Shown here: one piece after another, positions 1 to 11,985 of the stretch
How the letters are laid out: each line of letters starts with the position of its first letter
Numbering within the stretch: the first letter of the stretch is position 1
Assembly (NCBI GenBank): GCA_965285935.1
Contig: OZ260664.1
Coordinates: forward strand, 79,980,001-80,044,000
Direction of reading: 5' to 3'
DNA: 64,000 nucleotides
Origin: Ophelia neglecta
Lineage: Eukaryota
Program-made: the position numbers and the translations under genes
Notes under the pieces: generated by a model
What the model was told of the DNA's origin: nothing
The model's input: the letters and a program-made list of their open reading frames with translations, nothing else
Databases searched by the model: none

Positions 1-175
1 GTATCATGACCTGTGTCCCCTTATTTTGGATCATTTTGTTTGCTGTTGGTCATTGGTTAGCTTCTGACTTCCTGCTGCCAGCTCTGCATTATAAAAATGT
101 ATAAAAATAATAAACTTTGTCTTTTTTATTCCAGAATGCAAAATCTTGCAAACAAGTTTTATCTGGTGAAGTAGT

Positions 176-341
176 ATGGCAGCAAAGCAAATGAGCTCTG
201 TCTCAGCAAAGCAAAGAGAACCATCAACGCCTTCCAAAAACGGCTCAGGGGAAGGTCATATGAAGTGCTATTCAACCCGTATAACTGATGCCATCCTTGA
301 GGGTGATGCTGAGACACTGGAGAAAATTATTAAAGAAAGAG
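176..341 (+). CDS. Ankyrin repeat and SOCS box protein, first coding exon (MAAKQMSS...ITDAILEGDAETLEKIIKER)
   Basis: Acceptor ttattccag ends at 134. ATG at 176 opens a frame to the donor G|GTAGGT at 341/342 (phase 1), which joins in frame to the acceptor at 525/526. DAILEGDAETLEKII resembles an ankyrin helix pair. Confidence 0.75.
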
Positions 342-525
342 GTAGGTAATATTCAAATCAGGTGCTTGTGTCACATAATAACAGTGTCTCTATACTAGCT
401 AGTACTTTATACAGTGCGTAACCAGTTTAGTTTAACTACATATTTATAACTATTTACGTATAAATTTAGTCATTGTAGTGTCATTTTTCTAGTCATGTTT
501 CAGGACATTTTCTTTGTGTTTGCAG

Positions 526-2276
526 GCCTCGTCAAGCTGGACGATCGCTTTGCACCTAAATACCATCCACTGTCCCTTGCTGTAGAGAAAGGTCACACTG
601 ATTGTATTACCCTCCTGTTGAAGTTGGGTCATGCTCCTGATGGAGATTCCTCCTACCAACCTGCTCTGCTTTCAGCTATCCAGACAGCTGATGTAAACCT
701 GAAAGTTGTGGAGGCACTTCTGGATGGAGGCTGCAATGTCAACGGTGCTGATGATTTGGGCAGGTCTGCCCTCTACCATGCCATCGCGGCTGATAACTTA
801 CCACTGATCAGTCTGTTAGTTGATCACGGGGCCCATCTGCACAAGCCCTATGACTTCTGTGAGTTCACACCTGGCATGCTGATCAGCAGCCTAAAATGTC
901 TGCAGTTACTGTTAGATAAAGGAGTGGCCCAGTCCTACAATGATTTCCGAGGAAGGAACATCCTCATGTGTCTGATTATAAGTACAGCCAAAAAGCCTGC
1001 ACTCGCTAAAGCATGTATTTTATTGCTCAAAGAAGCTGGTATATCAGTAAATGCCAAAGATGGAAAGGGTAAAAATGCACTGATGTATGCCAGTGAATGC
1101 AACAACATTGCTGCCTTGCAGATGTTGAAAGAATCGGAAGCCAATATGGAAACGGAAAATGAGGAAGGTGCCACAACATGTCCCCTGTTCAGTGCTATAT
1201 GCAGTGAAAGTGCCAAAGCTACACAAATTCTCCTGAATACTTGCAGTGGAGATATTCTGAAAAAATGGCAGAATGAAAGGAAAACCAAAGTTGTTCAGCT
1301 CGTGATGTTTGAAGACAATCTCCAGACACTAAATGTGTTACTGAAGAAAGGCTGGCCTTTAATTCGTTCTGAGGAATTAGGTGGGGACTCCATGATGCAT
1401 GACGCTGCTGGGCTGGAATGGGAGTCTTGCAGAAAGTGCTTTAAAGTTATCCTGAACAATTGGCTAAATGAAGATCTTCCCCTGAATGAGCATGAGAATT
1501 TTACATGCACTCCAGCATTTGCTGCCTGTAAAGTATCCAAAATTTACACACTCAACACCCTTCTGATGAATGGTGCTGATCCAACGATCCCCCATGCCGA
1601 TGGAACTGAACCTATCACTGCCCTTCTGCAGCGCAGCATTTTCCGTTGTAGTGGGGCCGATTGGTACCCCTACTGGATGTGGCCCATTTCTGATAAGATC
1701 ACTCATCCCCTTCTGAGAGAGAAGCCAACTCCATCTCTTGCTGAAACCATAAAATGCCTGCAGAATTTGATGGAATATGGCTATGATCGTCTACAGATGA
1801 GAGAAATCGTAGCTAGCATGCTAAAGAATGCCGCAGTTCACAGTGTCAAGTGGTCCCCTGACCCTGCCCTCAGAGTAGAGGATGAAGAGCTCTGTGAGGG
1901 AGCCTGGGAGATGTTCATGATTGTTCTCAAAGCACTGCATCTCAGCTACCCTGGAGACAAATATGCCAATTTCTATGTCCCTCTTCAGGAAGGCATCACA
2001 CACATGGCAGCAGATCACCCCTTTCAGAAATACATGTCCAGAAGTGATAAAGCCAAATCAGATATCAGCGACTTCAGCAGGCCTTGTCCATTGAAGCAGC
2101 TGAGCAGGGATGCTGTACGACGCTTCCTGCCAAAGCCAGTTTCTTCAAATATTGGCCAGCTTCAAGTACCTAGTCTGGTTCAGGAATACCTGGAACTTTC
2201 AGATGTCATGGTATTGTTCAAAGGTCTTCGTAAATACTATAAATTGGAGAGAGCAATGCACCACCCCAGGCGTTAA
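526..2276 (+). CDS. Ankyrin repeat and SOCS box-containing (ASB-like) protein, main exon; spliced product ~638 aa; probable Cullin5-ElonginBC E3 substrate receptor
   Basis: Acceptor tttgtgtttgcag|GC at 525/526. Ankyrin repeats (HPLSLAVEKGHTDCITLLLKLG, GRSALYHAIAADNLPLISLLVDHGA, GKNALMYASECNNIAALQML, TPAFAAC...LLMNGADP). Near-C-terminal SOCS box PCPLKQLSRDAVRRFL...IGQLQVPSLVQEYL. Confidence 0.9.
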
Positions 2277-5200
2277 GAAACTGACACCATATTATTTACT
2301 CAGATTGTTTGAAACAGGAGATAATCTGATGGCACTTTTCTGATGAATAGAGATCTGTTTGCATTAGGTGAGTTTACGCACAAGTGAAAAGTGCAAGGCT
2401 TGGATGATCATATATCCACTTTGTAACTTCCAGGACTTTTGAATCATTGGATGGGAATTGATGTTTTGTTTTCCCGCATACCGGTATTCACACTGGGCAC
2501 TTAAAGAACTGATTTCTCAAATAATTGATGTGGTAATTGTTTCTTTTTTTAAGTTACTGTTTAGTTTTTTCTACCCCTATTGACCAATACCAGAACGTTT
2601 TGTGCAAAGTCATTTCTGTAGGAGATAATCACTCTACTGAACGTTCCCGAAACCTGAATCATGAACAGCCTGTTGGTGGCAGGATTGGTCATGAACAGCT
2701 CCTTTCATGTTGGTTCATGGTGTAGAAGCCTCAGTGCCTGTATATTTATTACTGCAGTTATCTAGTTGAGTAGATTGTACCCAGGGTATGCATCTTGTTT
2801 TTTATACTCAGTAGATTATATGTATTTTGTTTATTGTTTATCCTGTAATGTGAATGGATGAAATAGACATTTCAGGTGGTTTGTTCATTGAAATATTATG
2901 CAAGTGATTTCAGATAGAGTCATCTGATTCTCGGATATCCATAATACCAACTGTTTCAACTTGTAACAGTTTCAAGATACTGTTGCCATCAAAAAGGCAG
3001 CTAGGGTCTTTACTTTTGTTTCATTTTTTCAACTCATTACATTTTATTGTCAATGCCGTCATGTGTTCTGATAAGCATTTATCAAAGTGGATTCCAGTGC
3101 ATGTATTTCAAATATGTAACTTTGACATTGTTGACAGTGTAGCTATAGGTTTTTTTTTTTGACTGGGTCAAACATTAGGTGAATGTCACCTTAATGTTTT
3201 AACTGGTTTTAGGAGGCCATTTCAGTCAGTAGTATTTGCCAACGTGCGAGTTGGAATAGAATCATTAAAAGTCTAGACTGTTTCACTGCGGCTACCATGC
3301 TCGTAAACTGGACTTAGTTACTGGACAACCAAGTTGCAATAAGCGTAAAATACCAGGTGTTGATTGGTTATATTACTCTCTTATACCATGAGCATACAAA
3401 TGCAAAATGAGTTTTAAAAAAGGGAATGAAGGTGCCTAAAGGTGAAATGAAGATATTAAGTTTATAGAGTGACTTCTGTCTACAGGTTTATTCCCTTACT
3501 GTACCTTATACATACATAGTCAAACTTGTATTTATTGCTGTATACACAGTTTAATCATTATGGACATCTTCAATCCGACTTTAGTCAGCCTTTATAGACT
3601 CATGGTGTATATCTTTATATTATAATACCTTATGCCACTGTAGAATGAGTGATTTACTGTAAAATATGGAATTTTGATTGCATCAAATTTTTACAAAACA
3701 AGCTACATTTAATTTTTGCTGCATGTTATTTTTTCAATAACTGGAAGTTGCAATTGCATGTTAGTTTATTTAATATTACGATAGCAAAAATGTCGGCACA
3801 GGTTTGAATTCACAAATTTTTACAAAAAAAACACTTGGTTGCAAATTTAAAATTCACAAATATTGTACTGGCATGTAGTTATGGGGCCTACTTATCTTTT
3901 GACCTGCAGTTAAAAAACTGGTATTCAGAATTGAACTTAAATGTCTGCTTTGTTCATTGATAAGGTATTTTCTGAAAATTATTAATAAGTGACACTGCCA
4001 TATGTTTTTTCCTTTATTATGAATTTTGCCAAAAGTTGCCCTTAAGCATTTTTTTAGAACTCTGGGTTCTGTTTTGGATTTTTTATTGATGAGCATATAT
4101 ATAGATCCCTTTTTCTTATAGTTGTTTTATAAAGGAAGTAGTCATGTTGTCATGGAGAATTTATTAGTCATGTGTTTTATTCTCCTATAATCTGCTTATT
4201 AGATAGTATGGGAAACCAAGGACACCTGTTCTTGGTTTCAGCTAGGTAGTAATAGATTATTTAAGTGGGTCTGTCTTCTATTGGAAATATAAAGACTGTA
4301 AATTGCTTGTTGATTGTGTTCAAGAATATGTTTTGATAATAAAAGGGAGTATAGAGTAGTTTCACAGTTATTGTCAAGGCGTTTTTATTTCAATAAAAAA
4401 TGTAGAATATGGCTAAGGATTTTTTGTACCTTAGCTACTTCAGGGTGCAATAAAAAAATATCTAGTCTTGGGAAAATATATTATCTGGAGATCAAACATA
4501 TCTTAAAAGGCTATGATTATGGTAAAACTATATTTTACAGTTTCCTGCCTTTGACGTGCATTATTCAAGTGTTCGAATAAATGTGTTGCATACTACTTTC
4601 AACATACAAGATCGATACCTCTTAAAAATGATGGTGATGGACCAATTGTAATTCTTGCATTATTTCCTTCCATATAGATCTAGCTGACTAACATGACCAA
4701 GTATAATAATAATCTAGCTGTTATGTCTTTTCCTTGGAAAATCTCGTAATACTAAAGTCTTACAAAGAGGCTAGATTTGTTTATTACATAAGGGGCCAAT
4801 GAGACGTCTTGACACCATAGCAGTACATGTAAGGCCTTATACAAATATTTGACCCATGCAGATGAGGTGGTGAAAAAGGGTTCAGTACATATAAGAATGC
4901 ATAAAAAAACATTTAGTAAATTGAATGTCCAATGGGAATCGTGAAAACAACAACCGTTATTTTTCCAAATTGAATTTATAACTTGTTTAAAGTGAGCATA
5001 CATATTCTTTACTAATATAAGTCATTCAAGACCTTCTGTATAAGGTTTATGCAAATTATTGGTAAAGGATTTATATGTACTGTACGCCTGCATTTTAATA
5101 ACAACCAATTTTTTTAAGGCGATCCTATGTATGTCAGGGTTTACCTACAAAAATTCCCACCTTGGGAACCAAGATTTTTCTGTAGGACCATTTCCATAGT

Positions 5201-5959
5201 AACCACCTAAAAACTCCCATGGCAGAATTTTTTTAAATAATCCAGAATGTATTTCAACAACACAGATGATTTTAATGGCTATATATATGTTGTCCACCAT
5301 CAGATTTACCACAGAGACAAAGAATTTTGCAATTTTAGGTCAAGATCACTAGCTGTTGTGAAATGTAACCCCATCAGATTAAGATGCTTCCAAATAATCA
5401 GAAATTAATTAATATCATCCATATTTAAGAAACTTAATAAGTGATTTTGATTCAAAAATATACAGTGATGTGAAAAGAATGAAACAATTCAAGGTTATTG
5501 GTTAAAGTCAAGGATATTTAAATAATTTCTGAAACGCCCCTCAAAAACATTGGGGCAGCCTTTATTTACCTCTATACATAATGAAAATGCCCACCCAAAG
5601 AAATGGTTATCTCCAATAATGTCATAGTGCAGGCACGGTACCCACTCATACTTTTCATATTGTTTCCAGTCTATTGGCCTCTTTTTCATCAAACATCTAG
5701 GTTTCGTGTTCTGTTAGATGTTTTATTTACAATGGGTTCAAGTGTTTCCTACAAACGGGACATTTCTTTCCAAGATGTGCTGTGGAAAAGAGACAAAAGA
5801 AAAGAGTAAAAGACCTCCTGCCCCTGAAGAACCATCCAGCTCACATGCTTTTGTCAATAGGTGGGATACAAAGGAACGCTGCTCAGGAGGTGCCAGTGTC
5901 GTACTTTTTGTTATATTATATAAACTAATAGCTTTGTTGCCTTTATAGATAAGTAACAG

Positions 5960-6570
5960 CTACAATAAATTTGTGCATGAGTTGACAGAAAATCTTGGCA
6001 ACCAGCAACGGATTGACCTTTTCATATAAGACTACTAAAGCATTTGCCAAGGTCAGGCGCCAACACCTGCTTGTCAAGATGGACCACTATGGGATAGGCA
6101 GCCAAAGCAATAAGTGGGTGTCCCCTTTTCTGTCAAATAGGTCCCATAAGTTGTTCTTGACAGTGACTTTTTGGAGGATATCCCTGCTGCCTCTGGTGTT
6201 CCACAGGGCTCTGTACAGTTTCTTTTCCTCATGTATATCAATGACCTTGATGACCAAACATTAGACACAGCAGGGTTCAGCCCTTTGCAGGCAGCGACAT
6301 TATGGGAAAATAAAAACATATTCTACTCAAGATTCTCTCCTGTTAAAGCAAGACCTACCAGCCCCTGATGGGGGGTCTGACTGGCACATGCCTTTTAACC
6401 TCTCAAAGCTTGCCACCATGCCTGTCTACCGAGGGAAGCATAACTGTTACAGTGACACTGATTGCCTCCACAACACTCCCATTGACGTAGTGGACAAGGC
6501 CAAATGCCTAGGGGTCACTGTCCACAACAATCCTGCTCCCAGTAAGATGAAAGAGCAGGCATCGAAAACA
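5960..6570 (+). mobile_element. Degenerate LINE (CR1/L2-like) reverse-transcriptase fragment
   Basis: Frameshifted RT motifs KAFAKV..LLVKMDHYGI, WVSPFLSNRS, SGVPQGSV, LMYINDL, MPFNLSK, KCLGVTV. Boundaries approximate. Confidence 0.85.
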
Positions 6571-6574
6571 ATTT

Positions 6575-7850
6575 AAAGTAGTGTCTCTTATAATAATTTA
6601 AGATCTTCGCAATACAGTATACAATAAAAATTATAAGGTAATCCGTCGGTATGCCCTAGCGAATAAGTAAATTTTTAGTTATTTTCTAGATGAATATTTT
6701 TTGAGCAATTTAGGCAAGCTATTCCATAGTTCTGGCGCTACACTTACCAGCTCTTAACTGGGACAATGTGAAGAAATTTCTGTGACCCAGGAGCTATACG
6801 GGTTGGCAAAAGTCAGCAACGAACGTGGCCATGAATCCATTCAAGCGCTGTATGTACAACAGACTGGTGTACGGCCACCTATGGAACTGTTCCAAGATAT
6901 GTGATGTGAGGACAAAGAGGCTCTCCTCTCAAGGTTCTGCACTATCTGCAGGTGCTCGACAACAAGTCAAGTAGGTCGTCCTCCATCTATGCCTCACGGA
7001 TGCCAAAGTATCCTTCCTCGTCATCAGAACCAAATAAATCTGAGTATCATCGGCATATCTGTGATAAGCTATGCCAAGGTTTCGTTGATTTTGCAATGTA
7101 AACAAAACGTTTTTGGCCCAAACACTGAGCCTTGAACCATGGCAAAGTTGAGTGACTTTTCAGATGATTCTGCATCATTGGCTGGAACTACTTGTTTCGG
7201 CTTTCTAGATACGACACTATCCACGAATTTGCTTTTCCTTGTATTCCATAGCCTTTAACTACCCGTATGATATCATAATAAAGAGTGTCAAAAGCTGCAC
7301 AGAGGTCTGGCATAATCAACACCACAACATTATGACCATCCGGGCCAGAGAAATATCCGTATTCACCTTTAACAGAGCAGTCTCAGTTGAATGAGATTTA
7401 CTGTAAACAGATTGAATGTGGTCTGCAAGAGAATTTCCGGATAGCTGCTTGTCTGTCCGACTAGCAATCCAACTTGTTCAATGTTCATGTACATTTGTAT
7501 CTTGATATGTAGGGCAAGCTTCAAGAGTATCTTCTTGTCTAAATCCGTTCTTCTTTAACTATTTTCAAGCTCTCTCTTCAAGCTGTCCGGGTCACCGCCC
7601 GATGACAACAAACAGTTCAAAATGGCTCTAACTATGGTAGTGGGCTCATCAATGCACTCCCTCAACATACTATTAAGATCTGCCTCCCACAACTTGCTTG
7701 ATATCAACAAAGTATTTTGATTTTGATGATGTAATATAACTCCCTGATTAATTCGCTTTTCAAAGCTTGTCTCTTATTCCAACAAGCTTTGATGATATTG
7801 ATGAAAAATCACTACATTGATCGAAGTTTGTCAGTAATGTGTATAGGTAA
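6575..7850 (-). mobile_element. Degenerate L2-clade LINE, 3' part of ORF2 (RT plus C-terminus)
   Basis: Minus-strand motifs QSVYSKSHSTETALL (~7370-7420), MPDLCAAFDTL (~7280-7315), VQGSVFGP (~7115-7140), YADDTQIYL (~7030-7060), LQIVQN, APELWNSLP (~6715-6740) and YLFARAY (~6650-6670), with stops and frameshifts. Boundaries approximate. Confidence 0.88.
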
Positions 7851-7891
7851 CATGACAACTCCTTTGTTGCCTGACAGGGTTATCCGAAACA

Positions 7892-8212
7892 GAAGGGGAG
7901 GTTAGGGGTGTCCCCGTATCCAGTACACAGCTTGTAAAAAAGGCAAATCCAAGTCACGGACCTTTAAATTTTGTTTTAACATGTCATTAGAAATAATCTT
8001 ACTCCCGGATCCCGTCAAATTGAAAAAGTAATTCTCTTGACACGGGAAATTAAACAGAACATTCCAAGGTCAATATAAAGAAATCCTTGATCCCGGATCA
8101 CGGAAAAAGGTAAAATCCATAGACATGGAAAATTAAAGTTTATAAATTCCCGGGTCCTGGTCTATTAGCAAGGCCCATACCATAGGTCGGAAATACCCCT
8201 ACCCCCCCTTTC
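7892..8212. mobile_element. MITE-like element with ~25-bp imperfect terminal inverted repeats and internal degenerate CACGG/CCCGG repeats
   Basis: Left GAAGGGGAGGTTAGGGGTGTCCCCG versus reverse complement of the right end GAAAGGGGGGGTAGGGGTATTTCCG. Recurrent tcacgga/tcccgg units inside. Confidence 0.6.
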
Positions 8213-9929
8213 GAAAGAATTTGCTGGGTGCCCAGAACATGTACCTCCGTCTGTTCCGTGTTTAATTTCAGGAAACTTTTTGTACATCTGCGTACAAGTG
8301 ATGCAAAAACTATGATTTTTAATGAGGAGCTTTAAAGGAAGGGTGAGTATCTGAGAACTAACAGTGGACCAAGAATCTCTTCTTGTGAAAAACCTCAATG
8401 TTACAAGACCTGGACCATGGGCAGTATAGCTGTCCTTTACATGTATACTGATTGCGATTTGATAGATATGACTGGTACTAGCTTAGAGCTACTAACTTAA
8501 AACAAACTATCGACTCCAATCGTTAGAGGAGAACATCATGGTGTCAAAGGGTGAGATCGGATCTGGGAAAACATGGATGTCAGTATGCCGTGATTTCAAT
8601 TCACATTCGTTACAATATATTCTACAACTTACCAGCTAGAAATTGCCTCCTGGCACGAACGATGGGCGTGCTTGAAGGCGAAACACACTTTCTGGAGATT
8701 TGACGGTAAGTTAGAAACTAACTCTCAAAACGCACGAACAACCAACACACTGCATGTATCACTATAAACAGGAGAAACGCATATCAGTCGACAGGTAACA
8801 TGATGATAAACCATCGTGTATATATGGTTGTGTGAAGATAAAATATCATAATACTGATGGTGCGATATTCATGCTAATGTAGGATCGAGCAGCTGGTTGA
8901 GTCAAAAATAGTAGATAGTAGGCCTGTCCCATATAATTTCTTGGGAACTAGACACTCTGTCACTGTGACCCGGACTGTGAAAAAATCCAAATATGCAGAG
9001 TGGGCCACATTGTATCTTATATGAATGGTCATTTTGAACTTGTATGGCCCTATCAAATAGAAGGAGATATCCCCTTAATTTAGGTGTTTACTCAGAACAC
9101 TAATAAATTGTTGGGGTCCTTATGCATTTGATTAATCAAAGGGATTATTTAAAATCACTTCAAAACATCGGTCAATCTGTTGGCCCATAGTTTTAGTGAA
9201 AAAACGGTACATCCTTAGACTCATGCTCTTGGATATTAAAATGCCTGTATTTGAAAAGTAGAAGGGAACTATTGTGGTTTTGCTGAGTTAAAAACATAAG
9301 GAGCAACAGTTAAATATTTATTATTTAACTTATTTATTTTCAATATTAGATCTATCTCTCTTTGTCACCCTAAAAAATAAACGAAATTTTAGTACACTAC
9401 TTCATTTATACCTGTAGATTAATATATGAATTACAACAAACCTAGTAGACCCAGTGCTACTTTTCTTCATACATTCAGCAGTTTCAGAGAAGTTGTTTCG
9501 GATACCTGCAGCGATAGATGATATATATGCAACTTTTCTACTCGATTGTGCCACTTACTTTGAGCATGTGGGGCACATGACACACTTATTGAGTAGAACA
9601 GACACAGCTTCGGGCAGATGAGATGCACAGATGCAACTGATAAGTAGAAATTTAAGCAAATATGAGCTACAAGTTATAGTACCTATTGCAGATATGTGGT
9701 GGGGATAAATGTAATTTGAGCATGAGATGCCATGTTAATTTTGGGCACTTCTATATATTTAAATGCTGACCTAGATTGGTCTGTCTGTTGCTTTAGGTAC
9801 AGGCCAATTACTCCATGGCTTCATTAAATAGTAAAAGTCCTTATACTGGATTATTAATGAAAACAAAACAAAAGGGCCGCCATATTCATGCATAATTTCC
9901 ATGTCAAGATAGACATACAAAAATTTCTG

Positions 9930-10130
9930 ATCACTAATAGGAAGTCATATGTAAGGATTCTCCAGGTGACATTAAATTCGACCTTGACCTCTTTCAATGT
10001 CAATTTGAGTAAAATGATTTTTAACACATCTGCTTCACGGTGTTATATAGTCATATAACGTAATTCTATTGGCCACTAAGAGGAAGTCACATGCAAGGAA
10101 CCGAATGAATACTATTGATTTGACCTTCCC
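9930..10130. repeat. Degenerate direct repeat (CACTAA.AGGAAGTCA.ATG.AAGGA...TGACCTT), likely a fragment of an interspersed repeat
   Basis: Two similar copies starting ~9932 and ~10074, about 140 bp apart. Confidence 0.5.
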
Positions 10131-10513
10131 ACTCTTTTTTCAAGGTAGATGCGAGAAATGGATTTTTCAATAGAGCTAATTTGCTTAATGGTGCTAAGTA
10201 AGTATATAAGCAGATATTTAAACTAATGCACCAATTAAAGCACTTACGGAGATGTAAAACCCCGGGCCAGACCTTGCAAACCAATAATAATAAATAATTA
10301 ATAACTCGATCGAACACAACAGGATATGTAATTCCGTCTATATGATCCAGCAATAAATTGTTAATGTTAGGTCCATTTTCACTAGATAATTTGGATTTCT
10401 TTTCTTTCGAGGATCAACACTATCAAAAATCTCAAAACCTATGGATACTAGATACGATTTTAGTATTCAGCATTCGTGATAGTCTACGCCAGAAAACCAG
10501 TAAGAATTAAATA

Positions 10514-10531
10514 TTTATTATTGAATTTATT
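10514..10531 (-). terminator. Probable polyadenylation signals (two AATAAA) of the formin gene; ~1.5-kb 3' UTR
   Basis: TTTATT on + at 10514-10519 and 10526-10531, downstream of the formin stop at 11986 and just before repeat-derived DNA. Confidence 0.45.
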
Positions 10532-11985
10532 CCAAAAGTAGCAAAGTATTACAATATCTGGCTAGATACAATGATACACTTTTTATACTGCTCATCTGAT
10601 AAGGCAAATAGCGTGTCCATTCATGCATAGAACATAGCAATCCCCATCAGCAAGATAAGCACAACAGTATTTTGTATAGCTCCAAATAAATTATATTTAG
10701 ATATAAAGCCCTAGTTCTTTCTACAACACGTCACTTAATATTTAAAAACTTAGATGTAACATGTAATATATGTAATCCAAATTCCGTCGCACCGGGAGTA
10801 AAGTTATGGGCGAAATTAAAATTTTCAAAAAATTAGTAATGAGTCAGTTTCCAGCCCCTATCTAAGCATGTGCACCTTTTACATTTACAAAAAATATCAT
10901 ACGCTTGAAAAATTGCAAGTCTCTGGAAAGCCTTATAAAAGGAAAGTGTATGTTTCAAAATACATGCACGTGTTTTTTCTGTTGATATAGACAGCACAAA
11001 ATTTTCTAAAATAGACTTTACATGACATGTGTATTAATAATTAACCTGCAACTTAGTTTAATTTCATGCATTCCGACTTTCATCAGCATTTTGTAAATAT
11101 ATTTTCCTAGGTAAATCATTATGTATATTTTCGAGATAAGCCGTACACGTGTATACCATTATTGCCTTACTCCCTTAGGGATTGCTGATTCGTGTGATTT
11201 CACAGCATGATATCGACTTGTCAGTTTGTTATAATTAGTGAATAATGTTAAGCATTGATTAGATAATAAGGACTGTGCTCTACATATAACATTATACAGT
11301 TGGTTTAGCACCACCATCATGGAAAGAGGTATATCAAGTACATACATCTTCATATAATAATATAAATCTATATACAGTATTTAACTCATGTTTTTGACGT
11401 CGTTAGTTAGAAGCGTGTTGTTTACATGCTGAAGGTTGTTATAATGCAGTGCAACTGTGATAAAAATACCGAAAACAAATAAAAGTTTTGGAATTTCAAA
11501 ACGAATTTAAAATTCTTTTTAGATCTAGTCTAAAGTCTAAAAGTGTAAAATTAAAGTGGTTGCAATATTTTAAAACAGCAACCTGTCCAATAGTTTCATT
11601 ATAGACAAAAGCGCTAATATAATCAATCACTTTTTAGTTGTGACATGTGTCAGCATTGTATATAAATACAAAATGGATATATTTCTATTCAAACAAATTC
11701 ATTATCAGTGGTCACGTCAGTTTTAAACGTCAAATAATCCTATACTGTCTCTTGTTTCATAGATTCTTTTCCAACTGCGAAAATATGGTGCAGCACCGTG
11801 TAATGAAGGTGTGCACACAATCATCCGCCTCTAATCTATACTGATACAAGAAAAGTCCAGCCTTTCATACAATGTTCAGCTTTCATTGCCACTATCTTTC
11901 CCATTCCTTTCAATAACCATCAATTGTTAGCAAAAGTTTGAGTAAAATTGTGGAAGTAGGGACCTCGTTGCGAATTGTAAATACT

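Noticed and set aside
495-525. ORF-track start MFQDIFFVFA of the ASB gene
   Set aside because: This is the intron's pyrimidine tract and acceptor; the real frame comes from the exon at 176-341.
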